The notes: generated from the letters alone by a model not told the origin. A stretch of 64,000 nt of DNA from an uncultured Pseudomonadota bacterium (GCA_963783025.1 CAWAMA010000013.1:24139-88138); one strand, 5' to 3'. Counted from the first letter of the stretch, positions 9,863 through 19,963 are shown. Program-made: numbers and translations.

Positions 9863-10363
9863 ATGACGGACGTGTATTACGATTATTTCGATTCTCCGGT
9901 CGGACGCCTGCTGCTCGTGGCGGATGGACAAGGCCTGCGCCATCTCGCGTTCGAGAACGGCAGGCATCCGACGCCGGTCGCGGACGATTGGGAGCGCGGG
10001 CCGGGTGCGCTGCATGAGGCGCGCGCGCAACTGAAAGCTTATTTCGCCGGCAAGCTGCGCGAGTTCGACCTGCCGCTCGCGCCGCAGGGCACGGAGTTCC
10101 AGCAGCGCGTGTGGCTGGCACTGTTGCGCGTTCCCTACGGCGCGACCGCGAGCTACGGCGACATCGCGCGCGCGGTCGGCGAGCCGGGCGCCTCGCGAGC
10201 GGTTGGCGCGGCGAACGGGCAGAATCCGATCGCGATTGTGGTCCCTTGCCATCGCGTGATTGGCGCGGACGGCACGCTCACCGGCTACGGTGGCGGCCTG
10301 CCGAACAAGAAATTCCTGCTCGATCTCGAACAGAAGCATTCGGCATTCAAACTCGCGCCGTGA
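9863..10363 (+). CDS. ogt: methylated-DNA--protein-cysteine methyltransferase
   Basis: PCHRV active site, GTEFQQRVW. Confidence 0.95.
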   Translation: MTDVYYDYFDSPVGRLLLVADGQGLRHLAFENGRHPTPVADDWERGPGALHEARAQLKAYFAGKLREFDLPLAPQGTEFQQRVWLALLRVPYGATASYGDIARAVGEPGASRAVGAANGQNPIAIVVPCHRVIGADGTLTGYGGGLPNKKFLLDLEQKHSAFKLAP

Positions 10364-10384
10364 ACAGCAATCGCAACAATTCGG

Positions 10385-10404
10385 TCGTCATGCCGGCATG
10401 ACGA
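10385..10404. repeat. perfect 20-bp palindrome between convergent genes (REP-like remnant or terminator)
   Basis: TCGTCATGCCGGCATGACGA. Confidence 0.5.
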
Positions 10405-10452
10405 GCCATGTGATTTTTTGCCAATGCGATCTGTCCACAAGGGTGTGGAAGA

Positions 10453-11106
10453 TCAACAACCATTCAACTGACCTTCGAGCTCATCCGCCTGCGGCTGCAA
10501 AATCGCCTGCTGATCCTTGAACGCGTTGTGCAGCTTGTGCGAGATATCGTCGTACTGTTTTTGCAGCCAGCCGCAGGTCTGCTCGCGCGAGGCGCGCGCG
10601 CATACGTCCTGCAGCGGGGTGTAATCGCCCGCCATCGCATCGCGCGGCGAATGATCGATCGGAATCTGGCGCATCCCCGGTGCGGATACGCCGATGCCGC
10701 CCGGAGCATAGGCCTGCGACAGGCTGTGCCCTGGAAAACCAAGCACGCCGAGCGGCACGTAGCGCACCGGCGGCGAACCGTTGCGGCTGAAATACGTCGA
10801 GTCGTCCTCGGCGTTGCGGCAGATCCAAAGCGTCGGCAACGGCGCGGCGGGTCTGGATGCGGGCGTGGGTGAAGGCGGATTCGCGTCGGATGGCGGCAGC
10901 GCGGGCGTCGTCGCGGCGGGTTGCATAGGCGCGGGTGGCGCATCCGGCAGCCAGACCTGCGTCTGCGTCGCGCCGGCGGGACAGGGACTGTCCTGGAACG
11001 CGATATGGCCCTGCGCGTCGATGCATCGATAGACGTCACGCGTCGCGCCCGGGCGTATCGCGCCAAGAGCGACGAGGCCGCACAACACAGGGACGATGGA
11101 TCGCAT
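10453..11106 (-). CDS. DUF4124 domain secreted protein
   Basis: Signal peptide, VYRCIDAQGHIAFQDSPC, Pro-rich linker. Confidence 0.8.
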   Translation of the reverse strand: MRSIVPVLCGLVALGAIRPGATRDVYRCIDAQGHIAFQDSPCPAGATQTQVWLPDAPPAPMQPAATTPALPPSDANPPSPTPASRPAAPLPTLWICRNAEDDSTYFSRNGSPPVRYVPLGVLGFPGHSLSQAYAPGGIGVSAPGMRQIPIDHSPRDAMAGDYTPLQDVCARASREQTCGWLQKQYDDISHKLHNAFKDQQAILQPQADELEGQLNGC

Positions 11107-11231
11107 GCAGGTGCTCTCTGCGGGCGGCCAGACGCTGCGGCACTCAGGCATGATGCGCAGCGATCATATCCGATGTGCGTTGCCGGACGACGTTGCGTCG
11201 TGCAACGCAATTTCGAGATTGGCCGCCCGCG

Positions 11232-12197
11232 TCATTCGAATCCATCGGCAAAGATGCGGTCGACCAGACTCGTGTAGCGATCATAAAACAGGCCGTTCCC
11301 GGTCAGCGCATTACCGATCGTCGTCGAGCCGCCGCCCAGTGAAAACGAACGGATCGCGAATGGCGACGCGGCCGACGTCGAGGGACGGGTAACCGCAAGT
11401 ATCGCGTTGTTCGCCCGGTCAAACGCCATTGAGCCTGCCAGCACAAAGCAGCAGCCCGAGTTGCCGGCGCCAATCGTATTCAGCGCAAATCCGGGCGAGA
11501 ACGTGATCGTCGCCGGCTGAAGCGTATCCGTCGTTGCGTCGTAGCTGAGCGCATAAAGGGTGCCGTTGTCGATCAGCAGCTGGGCTATGGTTGTCGTTCC
11601 CAGTGGATACGCAGCCTGCAGTGTTCCCGTCGTCACTGCAAACGCGAACAACTGATCCGTGGTATCCGCGCTGCGCCGGCCGACCGCATAGAGAAGATCG
11701 CTGTTCTCGGCGTAGGCGCTCACGCCGCTGCGCAGCATGCAGCAGTCGGGGCCGAGCGCGCCGGTGACCGTGACGCTGCCGCTCACCGGATCGAGCGTGG
11801 CCACTTCCGTCGTGTCGTCGTCAGCGCTGAGCAGGGCGACCAGACGCTGGCGCTGCGAATCGTAGGCCATGTGGCTGACGCGGTAGCCGGCGCTGATCCC
11901 GATCGACGTGACCGTTCCGGATACGCCGTAGTCGAAGGCATACAGCTGCGCGACACCGTTGCTGTTGGCAATGAAGTACACGAGATCGTTCGCCGACAGC
12001 GCAGATACGGTGCCCGTCTCAACTGCGCAGCAATCGACAGCCTGTGCCACCGAGCTGTCGAGAGTATTTACGTCGACTACGTGCAAACCGCCCTGGACTG
12101 TCGGCGTCAGAGCGAGAATGGCGGCATATGCCAGAGACGGCACGGCTGCGGCGCACGGCAGCCACCCAAGGGCACGCAAAAGGGTTCGGCGTTTCAT
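11232..12197 (-). CDS. secreted beta-propeller-like protein with three Cys-Cys motifs and C-terminal DRIFADGFE
   Basis: N-terminal MKRRTLL signal, beta-strand-rich repeats, CC at residues 56, 152 and 249. Confidence 0.75.
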   Translation of the reverse strand: MKRRTLLRALGWLPCAAAVPSLAYAAILALTPTVQGGLHVVDVNTLDSSVAQAVDCCAVETGTVSALSANDLVYFIANSNGVAQLYAFDYGVSGTVTSIGISAGYRVSHMAYDSQRQRLVALLSADDDTTEVATLDPVSGSVTVTGALGPDCCMLRSGVSAYAENSDLLYAVGRRSADTTDQLFAFAVTTGTLQAAYPLGTTTIAQLLIDNGTLYALSYDATTDTLQPATITFSPGFALNTIGAGNSGCCFVLAGSMAFDRANNAILAVTRPSTSAASPFAIRSFSLGGGSTTIGNALTGNGLFYDRYTSLVDRIFADGFE

Positions 12198-12209
12198 CGT
12201 ACGCCCCCG

Positions 12210-13712
12210 TCAATGCCCGAGCCGGTCTAAACGTTGCTCGAGCGCGCGCATTTGCTCGCGCAGGTGCGCCAGCTCGGCATCGCGCGCATGCAGTTCCTGC
12301 TGCAGAGCCTTCACCGTCGCCAGCGCGATGCCCGCCTCGTCGGTCGGAGCGATGTAGCGGTCGCTGCGGCCGAGGCCGAACGCCGCGTGGAAGTCCTCGG
12401 CCACCGGCCCGAGATGGCGCTCGCTCGCAGGCGCGCCGCGATAGTTCCAGCTGCTGATCGGCATCTTTTCCAGCTTGGCCAGCAGCAGGCGGCCGTCAGC
12501 GGGCGCGAAATTCTCCTTTGCGGTGCGCGTGGAAAGCTGCGAGATCGTGCCGCGCGCGAGCACATTGCCGCTCGAGTCGACCGCGAAACGCACTTGCTGC
12601 GAGCTGCCGATGTTGCTGTCGGTATTGCGCACCTGAAAGGCGGGGGCCGGGCTGTCAAGCGCCGAAGAGTAGACGACATCCAGGCGAGCCGTCGGACTTG
12701 CACTGCCGACGCCGACCGAGCCGTCGGCAGCAATGTCGATGCTCGAGGTCGGCGCGCCGGGGCGGATTCGGAACGGCAGCTTCGAACCCCCGGTCAAGTC
12801 GCGCACGAAGAAGTTCGCCTCGTTGCCGGCCACGTCCCAGGTCTGCGCCGTGAAGCCGCCGCCATTGGTCTGTTCCAAACGGATGCCCGGCGTATCGGTA
12901 TAGGTCACGTGCAGGCGCAGCACCGGCGTTGACGTGCCCAACCCGACCCTGCCGCTGCTGTCGACGAACAGTGAGTTGGTCGGTGCCGAGCCCGAAACGG
13001 TGAAGGGTTCCGTGCCGGCCGTCAGGTCGTCGATCGAAAATTTGTTGGCACCTCCGCTTGCGGAGTCGTTCGCGACGAGATACCAGCTGTGATTCGGAAA
13101 GCCCGTTGATGTCGACGTGTCGTTGAACTGGATGCGTGTGTTGTTTTCCTTCAGCCGCAGCGTGTCAAAGCCGAAATTCTCGTTGTTCACGCAGTCTAAG
13201 CCCAGGCACTCGGAGCCTTGCACGATAAGATCGTCGGCGATCACCTGATCCAGCGGTGATGCCGGTGTGGCACCTTCCGACGCGGTGTGCGGCGAGCCGG
13301 AATCCTGCCGCGAAGCCGTCGGCGAAGCGGCATAAATCTGTCCTGCGGCGACACGGAACGTGCCATCGACTGGCACGAGTTTAGCCGTCGACGCCGGCGA
13401 GGCGGCCGCGCGTCCATCGGGTCCGCTTCCGGCGCGTGTGGCCAGTGCCGGTGCGGCCAGATCGATGTGATAACGGTACTCGCCATCAGGCAGCGTGACC
13501 TTGCCGATGGAGAAGCGTCCGCTGTCGCTTGCCCGGAGCTGCCGTGAGATGATCTTGCCAGGGCCGCTGATCGTCAGCGTGGCGCCGGCGAAACCGGAGG
13601 AAACGTCAACAGGAATGCTGACGCCGGGCAAGTCGATGTCCAGACGCGCGGCGTTGGCGAAAGCTGTGGCAAGAACCGCAGCGGCGGCGATGCTGAGTCG
13701 GAAGTAATTCAT
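12210..13712 (-). CDS. secreted fibre-like protein with C-terminal peptidase S74 intramolecular chaperone
   Basis: Sec signal (..AFANA), GRVGLGTSTP and GSVGVGSASP repeats, QLSTRTAKEN..ISSWNY..HLGPVAEDFHAAFGLG followed by a coiled coil. Confidence 0.82.
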   Translation of the reverse strand: MNYFRLSIAAAAVLATAFANAARLDIDLPGVSIPVDVSSGFAGATLTISGPGKIISRQLRASDSGRFSIGKVTLPDGEYRYHIDLAAPALATRAGSGPDGRAAASPASTAKLVPVDGTFRVAAGQIYAASPTASRQDSGSPHTASEGATPASPLDQVIADDLIVQGSECLGLDCVNNENFGFDTLRLKENNTRIQFNDTSTSTGFPNHSWYLVANDSASGGANKFSIDDLTAGTEPFTVSGSAPTNSLFVDSSGRVGLGTSTPVLRLHVTYTDTPGIRLEQTNGGGFTAQTWDVAGNEANFFVRDLTGGSKLPFRIRPGAPTSSIDIAADGSVGVGSASPTARLDVVYSSALDSPAPAFQVRNTDSNIGSSQQVRFAVDSSGNVLARGTISQLSTRTAKENFAPADGRLLLAKLEKMPISSWNYRGAPASERHLGPVAEDFHAAFGLGRSDRYIAPTDEAGIALATVKALQQELHARDAELAHLREQMRALEQRLDRLGH

Positions 13713-13951
13713 GAGCGGCCCCCTCGAAGGCGATGGCTTGCGCAAAAACGCCGCAAACACGCGGGGGCTGACGACGACAGACCACGATATTCGGCAGATG
13801 CTAACGGGTTTCGCGTGCGCTCCGAGCGGAGCGTCGCCCAACACGCCACCATCCAACCAACGTACCCTGCCGTCTGGGTGCGCCCCACGACGCGACGGCA
13901 GCTTGGATACTAGTTCTCAACACGCGCGCTGGCAACACGCATCGCAGCATG

Positions 13952-16366
13952 TCAATGCAACGTCTTGTACGTCTCCGGTTCGAACGCATCCACGGCGACG
14001 ACTTCGTTGCGTGCGGCATCGGCTTCCTGGATCAGGTCGTATTCGGCCTGCGAGATGACGCCGGCTTTCAGGCCTATTTCGTCGAGCATGTAACCGGGCG
14101 CGCGGTCGAGCTTGCCGGCACGCACCGCGTCGCGCAGTTTCGTCTCTACCGGGATCGCGCGCACGGCCTTGTCGAGCGCGGCTTCCAGCGCGCCGAGTCC
14201 GACTTCGGTCGACGGCGGCACGAAGATGTCCTGGGTCAGATTGATGCGCGCCTCGCGGTCTTCGAGGATGTCGCGCGCCACGCGCGCGCCGAGCTTGTCG
14301 GACGGCGGGCGGAAGCGCGCGCCGAGCGGGAAGATGATCCACGACAGCCAGTACGCGGCGGCGCGCATGGGCAGGTTTTCGAGCACGCCGAGCAACGCCT
14401 CCTGAATGCGGTACAGGCAATGCTCCGCGCTCCAGCGCACGAGGTTGTAGTTCGCGGTCGTTTTCGCTTCGTCGTGATAGCGCTTGAGTGCACTCGACGC
14501 CAGATACATGTAGGCGAGCGCGTCGGCGAGACGTCCGGAAATCTTCTCGCGGCGCTTCAGCGTGCCGCCGAGCGTGCCCATCGCGACGTCCGAGAGCAGT
14601 TCGAACGCGGCGGAAAAACGCGACAGGTGCTGGTAGTAGCGCACGGTGTCCTCGGTGCGCGGCGCGGAGGCGATGCGGCTGCCGGTCCAGGCCAGCAGCT
14701 TCGCGCGCGTCGCGTTGCGCAACAACAGGTTGACGTGGCCGAAAATCGCCTTGTCGAATTGTTTCAGGTTCTTTTCGGCGATCGCATTGATCTCGTGCTG
14801 CACGAACGGATGGCAGCGGATCGCCCCCTGTCCGTAGATGATCATCGAACGGGTGAGGATATTCGCGCCTTCGACGGTAATGCCGATCGGCACCGCGTCC
14901 CAGGTGCGCGCGAGCGGATTGCGCGGGCCTTTCTGGATCGCCGCGCCGGCGCGGATGTCCATCGCGTCGGTGACGACTTCGCGCATGCCTTCGGTCAGGT
15001 ACGCTTTCGCAATCGCCGACAGCACGGCGGGTTTTTCGCCGGCGTCGAGCGCGCCGCAAGTGAGCGTGCGCGTGGCCGTCATGTAATACGTCTTGCCGGC
15101 GATGCGTGCGAGCGGTTCCTCGATGCCCTCGAAACGTCCGATCGGTGTGTCGAACTGTTCGCGCACTGTGGCGTAGGCGCCGGAGATGCGCGTCATCATC
15201 TGCGCCGCGCCGACGCTAAGGGCGGGCAGCGAGATCGAACGTCCGGCGGCGAGGCATTCCATGAGCATGCGCCAGCCGTGGCCGATGCCCTCGCGCCCGC
15301 CGATCACGCAATCCAGCGGCGCGAACACGTCCTTGCCGACGATGGGACCGTTCATGAACGGCACGCCCATGGGATCGTGGCGCATGCCGATCTCGATGCC
15401 GGGCAGGTGCGCTTCGATCAGCGCGCAAGTGATGCCCAGGTCTTCCTTGTCGCCAAGCAGGTGATCCGGATCCTGGATGCGAAACGCGAGGCCGACCAGC
15501 GTGGCGACCGGCGCGAGCGTGATGTAGCGCTTCTTCCAGTTCAAACGCAGGCCGAGCACTTCCTTGCCGTCGACGACGCGCTTCTCGACGACGCCGGTGG
15601 ATTGCGTCGCCGCGGCGTCGGAGCCGGCTTCGGGCCCGGTCAGGCCGAAGCAGGGCACGTCCTCGCCGCGCGCCAGGCGCGGCAAGTAGTATTTCTTCTG
15701 TTCCTGCGTGCCGTAGTGCAGCAGCAATTCGCCGGGACCGAGCGAATTCGGCACCATCACCGTGACCGCCGCCGTTACCGAGCGCGATGAAATCTTCGTG
15801 ACCACGCGCGAATGCGCGATCGCGGAAAAGCCGTGTCCGCCGTATTCTTTCGGGATGATCATGCCGAAGAAGCGGTTCGTCTTCAGGAACGCCCAGATGT
15901 TCGTCGGCAGGTCGCGCTGCTGGTTGATCTGCCAGTCGTCGAGGCGCGCGCACAACTCCTGCACGGGGCCGTCAATGAAAGCCTGCTCCTCGGCAGTCAA
16001 TTTCTGCGGCACGAAATCTAGCAGCTTCTGCCAGTGCGGACGGCCGGAAAACAGCTCCGCGTCCCACCATACGGTGCCGGCATCCAGCGCGATGCGTTCG
16101 GTCTCGCCCAGGCGCGGCAGCACCGGCGCCATCAGCTTCATGGCGAAGAGCGAGACGATCTGCCGGCGCAGGAACGGGATGCCGAAGATCGCCGCCAGCA
16201 AGATCAGCACGACGACCGTGCCTTCGAACAGCAACGGCGAGGCGACGCCGGTGAGGCGCCAGCCAATCAGCCAGATCGCGGCGGCGCCACTCCAGGCGAA
16301 GAATCCGTAGCCGAGGAACAACAGCGTGCTGAGCAGGATCAGCGCGAGGACGAGCGTGAGGATCAT
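13952..16366 (-). CDS. fadE: acyl-CoA dehydrogenase FadE
   Basis: 804 aa, N-terminal TMs, VMVPNSLGPGELL, ITVEGANILTR, DUF1974-like C-terminus. Confidence 0.93.
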   Translation of the reverse strand: MILTLVLALILLSTLLFLGYGFFAWSGAAAIWLIGWRLTGVASPLLFEGTVVVLILLAAIFGIPFLRRQIVSLFAMKLMAPVLPRLGETERIALDAGTVWWDAELFSGRPHWQKLLDFVPQKLTAEEQAFIDGPVQELCARLDDWQINQQRDLPTNIWAFLKTNRFFGMIIPKEYGGHGFSAIAHSRVVTKISSRSVTAAVTVMVPNSLGPGELLLHYGTQEQKKYYLPRLARGEDVPCFGLTGPEAGSDAAATQSTGVVEKRVVDGKEVLGLRLNWKKRYITLAPVATLVGLAFRIQDPDHLLGDKEDLGITCALIEAHLPGIEIGMRHDPMGVPFMNGPIVGKDVFAPLDCVIGGREGIGHGWRMLMECLAAGRSISLPALSVGAAQMMTRISGAYATVREQFDTPIGRFEGIEEPLARIAGKTYYMTATRTLTCGALDAGEKPAVLSAIAKAYLTEGMREVVTDAMDIRAGAAIQKGPRNPLARTWDAVPIGITVEGANILTRSMIIYGQGAIRCHPFVQHEINAIAEKNLKQFDKAIFGHVNLLLRNATRAKLLAWTGSRIASAPRTEDTVRYYQHLSRFSAAFELLSDVAMGTLGGTLKRREKISGRLADALAYMYLASSALKRYHDEAKTTANYNLVRWSAEHCLYRIQEALLGVLENLPMRAAAYWLSWIIFPLGARFRPPSDKLGARVARDILEDREARINLTQDIFVPPSTEVGLGALEAALDKAVRAIPVETKLRDAVRAGKLDRAPGYMLDEIGLKAGVISQAEYDLIQEADAARNEVVAVDAFEPETYKTLH

Positions 16367-16428
16367 GGGCGCACCGCGTATGGGCCGGACGAGTCCCTAT
16401 CATCCGCCGCGGAAAGGAAAAAGCAAAA

Positions 16429-16773
16429 CTATTGCTGCGGCTGCTGCTGCAAATCCGACGTATTCCAGTTGAACTGCAGGTACAGCACGCTTGGCGCGCC
16501 GGAGGCATCGAAGCGCACGCGGCATTCGTAGGATTGCTTGTCCTGGCTCGGCAAGCCTTTGTCGAGCACGACCGTGGAGGAGAGCAGCAGCGTGTCCGCG
16601 GACTCCTGCTTGGTGTGCGCGGCCAGGTCCTTCAGGTCGATGCTGAAACTGCGACCGTTCATGCGCTTGCCGATTTCAGTGTTGCACGCCGCCGCCGCCT
16701 GGTCGTTGCGGCCGCCACCGCAGCCGGCGAGAACGAGACCGATGCCGAGCATGATGCCAATGCCGATGCGCAT
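16429..16773 (-). CDS. hypothetical lipoprotein
   Basis: LVLAGC lipobox; two further Cys. Confidence 0.7.
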   Translation of the reverse strand: MRIGIGIMLGIGLVLAGCGGGRNDQAAAACNTEIGKRMNGRSFSIDLKDLAAHTKQESADTLLLSSTVVLDKGLPSQDKQSYECRVRFDASGAPSVLYLQFNWNTSDLQQQPQQ

Positions 16774-16888
16774 ATCGCCCTCCCGTATTTACGCCGTGCC
16801 GAAAACTGCGTCGGCCGCCTGTCTTTGGACGCATGTTACAGATCAAGGACGCCAGCGCAAGCCATGGCGTCGCCGGCGTTGACGCAAA

Positions 16889-17554
16889 TCAACGGGCGCC
16901 GAGCGTGGCCCGCGCCGCAGGAACGATCGCGGCGGTCCAGCGCGCGTACATGGCGGCGGACGGGTGCAGGCCATCGCCAACCAACATGTCCGGAGCGTCG
17001 CCACGGTCGCGGGAGATTGTCGTCACGTCGACGTAGTGGGCGTGCAGGGTCGTGGAAATTGCAGCCGCCATGGCGTTGAAGGCATTGATTTCACGCGCGA
17101 CTTTGGCGAGATCGCGCCCGCTTTCGGCGCCGAAGCGGGTGACGCCCCAGTCCGGAATGGAGATGACGACGACGCGCCGCGCATCGCCCCCAGCCAGCGC
17201 GATCGCGCGTTCGAGCAGGGCGCGGAATTCGGCACGGTAGTTGTCGACGTCGCGACCGCGGTACTGATTGTTGACGCCGATCAGCAGGGTGATCAGGTCG
17301 TAGGGCGGATGGAACGCATGCGCGTCCATCGCGGCGGACAGCTCGTCCGTGGTCCAGCCGGTGCGCGCGACAATCTCGGGTTCCGAGATCGCGACGCCTT
17401 GCGCACGCAGCGCGGCGGCGAGCTGATGCGGCCAGTTTTCGTTCGCCGCGACGCCTTCGCCAATGGAGTAGGAATCTCCGAGGGCGAGAAAACGCGGCGC
17501 AGGATTCGCGCTGCCTGTCGCCAGCACGACGCCAGCGGCGAGGCTAAGCCACAT
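16889..17554 (-). CDS. SGNH/GDSL hydrolase
   Basis: LALGDSYS, GVNNQYRG, DGLHPS. Confidence 0.92.
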   Translation of the reverse strand: MWLSLAAGVVLATGSANPAPRFLALGDSYSIGEGVAANENWPHQLAAALRAQGVAISEPEIVARTGWTTDELSAAMDAHAFHPPYDLITLLIGVNNQYRGRDVDNYRAEFRALLERAIALAGGDARRVVVISIPDWGVTRFGAESGRDLAKVAREINAFNAMAAAISTTLHAHYVDVTTISRDRGDAPDMLVGDGLHPSAAMYARWTAAIVPAARATLGAR

Positions 17555-18797
17555 GCCGCTGGCTCGACGCGGCCATGCGTTCCAGACAGTTTTCGATGCG
17601 CGCGAATACCTCGAACAACTGTGCCGGCGGCGGCAACAGCGTAGCGCGGAAGTGGTTCGGTTCGATGATGTTGAAACCGCGGCCCGGCACGATCAGCACG
17701 TTTTCGGTCTCAAGCAGTTGTAGCGCGAATTCGTGATCGTCGAAATCCGCGAACACCTCGGCGCGCACGGACGGGAACGCATACAACGCGCCCTGCGGTG
17801 CGACGATTTCCAGAAATTCGCTTTGCGCACAATGTTCCACGACGGCGCGGCGCGCTTCATGCAGACGCCCGCCGGGCGCGGTCAGTGCCGAGATCGTGTC
17901 CGGGCCGGACAGCGCCGGCGCGATCGCCCATTGTCCCGGCACGTTCGCGCACAGGCGCAGGCTGGCAAGCAGATCCAGCGCGTGATGGATCTCGGTCAAC
18001 GCTTGCCGCGCGCCGGAAAGGCTGAGCCAGCCCACGCGCCAGCCGCAGGCGCGGTGCACTTTTGACAGTCCGCCGAACGTGAGCGTCGGTACCTCACCGG
18101 CGAGCGGCGCGAGCGGCACGCAGCGCGCGGCGTCGTAAACGATGTCGTCGTAGATTTCGTCGCTGAGCAGGACCAGGCGATGGCGTTGTGCGATGCGCAC
18201 CAGTGCGGCGAGGAGTTCTTGCGGGTACACCGCACCGGTCGGATTGTTCGGATTGATCACAACCAGCGCGCGCGTGCGTGGTGTGACCAGCGCATCGATC
18301 TCGTCGGGATCGGGAAGATGTCCGCGTGCGGCCGGACAGGCGTAGTAGCGCGCGCTGCCGCCGTTGAGCGCGACCGCGGCGCTCCACAGCGGGTAGTCCG
18401 GACTCGGCAGCAGGACTTCGTCGTCGGCGTCGAGCAGGGCGCGCAGGCTCATGTCGATGAGTTCGCTGACGCCGTTGCCGACGAAGACATTCGCGGCGGA
18501 CGCATCATGCGCGCCGCGTGCGAGTTCCCGCGCGGCGATCGCTTCGCGAGCGGGCAGCAATCCTTGCTGCGGGCAGTAGGCCTCGCTGTCGGACACATGT
18601 TCGGCAACGGCGCGGCGCAGGTGTTCGGGCGCGGCGAAACCGAAGCGTCCGGGGTTGCCGATGTTCAGGTGCACGATGTCGCGCCCGGCGGATTCGATTT
18701 CGCGCGCGCGCCGCGACAGCTCGCCGCGGATTTCGTAACGCACTTGTGCCAGCCGCGGATTGGCGCGGACCGGCGGGTGGGGCAGGGGCACGGACAT
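17544..18797 (-). CDS. alaA: PLP-dependent aminotransferase, AlaA-like
   Basis: YEIRG, LNIGNP, GNGVSELI, INPNNPTG, SDEIYD, GGLSK. Confidence 0.85.
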   Translation of the reverse strand: MSVPLPHPPVRANPRLAQVRYEIRGELSRRAREIESAGRDIVHLNIGNPGRFGFAAPEHLRRAVAEHVSDSEAYCPQQGLLPAREAIAARELARGAHDASAANVFVGNGVSELIDMSLRALLDADDEVLLPSPDYPLWSAAVALNGGSARYYACPAARGHLPDPDEIDALVTPRTRALVVINPNNPTGAVYPQELLAALVRIAQRHRLVLLSDEIYDDIVYDAARCVPLAPLAGEVPTLTFGGLSKVHRACGWRVGWLSLSGARQALTEIHHALDLLASLRLCANVPGQWAIAPALSGPDTISALTAPGGRLHEARRAVVEHCAQSEFLEIVAPQGALYAFPSVRAEVFADFDDHEFALQLLETENVLIVPGRGFNIIEPNHFRATLLPPPAQLFEVFARIENCLERMAASSQRHVA

Positions 18798-18889
18798 GAT
18801 CGGGGTGGAGAAATTGTTGTAGCGCAGCATGCTAACGCAATCGCCCGTGAATTCAAGGAATACGCGCGCGGGCAGGATAAAATGGCGGC

Positions 18890-19963
18890 ATGCCATCGAC
18901 CGACGAATTCGCCCGCCTCAAAGCCATCGGCTGGCGCGGTGACGCCGCGGATGTGCCGGCCGGAAAGCGCCTGGCGCGCGTCATCGCCCAGCATCGCAAC
19001 GGTTACCGCGTGCACGACGGCAGCACGGAATTCGCCGCGCAGCCGGCGCCGCGTTTCCTGCGCCGCGACGTCGATCCGGCCGAACGTCCGGCCGTTGGGG
19101 ATTTCGTCGTGCTCACCAGCGCGGCGCCGCCGACGATCGACGAGATCCTGCCGCGGCGCAGCCTGCTCGAGCGTGCCGCCGCCGGCGAACGCCTCCGCCG
19201 CCAGGTCATCGCCGCGAACGTCGACACCGTGTTCGTGCTGATGGGCCTGGATGGCGACTTCAATCCGCGTCGTATCGAACGCTACCTCTTGCTCATCGAA
19301 GGCAGCGGCGCGCGACCGGTAATCGTGCTGACCAAGATCGACAAAGTGGAAAAAGCCGCATCCGCCGCGATGTGCGCGGAACTGCACGCGGCGATCCCGC
19401 GTGTCGAAACGCTGGCGATCAACGCCAAGGACGCGGCCGGCGTCGCGCCGCTGCTGAAGTACCTGCAACCCGGCGACAGCGCCGTGCTGGTCGGCTCGTC
19501 CGGCGCCGGCAAATCGACGCTGACCAATACCCTGCTCGGCGTCGAGCGTCACGCCACCGCGGCCGTGCGCGGCCACGACAGCCGCGGCCGCCACACCACC
19601 ACGCATCGCGCGTTGGTACAATTGCCCAGCGGAGGCTGCCTGATCGACACGCCGGGCATGCGCGAGATCAAGTTCACCGGCGAGGAGTCGATCAACGCGG
19701 CGAACTTCGCCGACATCGAATCCCTGGCGCTGGATTGCCGTTTCGGCGACTGCGGCCACGGCAACGAACCCGGCTGCGCGGTACGCGCGGCGCTGGAATC
19801 CGGCGAACTCGATCCGTCGCGCTGGCAGGCCTGGCTGAAATTGCGCGACGAACTGGCCGCTGCCGGCGATGCGCTCGAAGCGCAGCTCAAGCGCAAGTCC
19901 ACCGCGCGCGTGGCGAACAAGGCGATGGGCAAACGCCTGGCGGAGAAATACGGGCGCAACTGA
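18890..19963 (+). CDS. rsgA: ribosome small subunit-dependent GTPase A
   Basis: TKID, GSSGAGKST, GRHTT, DTPG, C-x4-C-x-H-x5-C zinc site. Confidence 0.95.
   Translation: MPSTDEFARLKAIGWRGDAADVPAGKRLARVIAQHRNGYRVHDGSTEFAAQPAPRFLRRDVDPAERPAVGDFVVLTSAAPPTIDEILPRRSLLERAAAGERLRRQVIAANVDTVFVLMGLDGDFNPRRIERYLLLIEGSGARPVIVLTKIDKVEKAASAAMCAELHAAIPRVETLAINAKDAAGVAPLLKYLQPGDSAVLVGSSGAGKSTLTNTLLGVERHATAAVRGHDSRGRHTTTHRALVQLPSGGCLIDTPGMREIKFTGEESINAANFADIESLALDCRFGDCGHGNEPGCAVRAALESGELDPSRWQAWLKLRDELAAAGDALEAQLKRKSTARVANKAMGKRLAEKYGRN

Noticed and set aside
10431..10450. Replication origin from DnaA-like boxes
   Set aside because: Only two degenerate boxes, no AT-rich unwinding element, no dnaA context
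12210..13712. Prophage, suggested by the tail-fibre/S74 domain
   Set aside because: The protein has a Sec signal and there is no integrase, capsid, tail or lysis gene nearby
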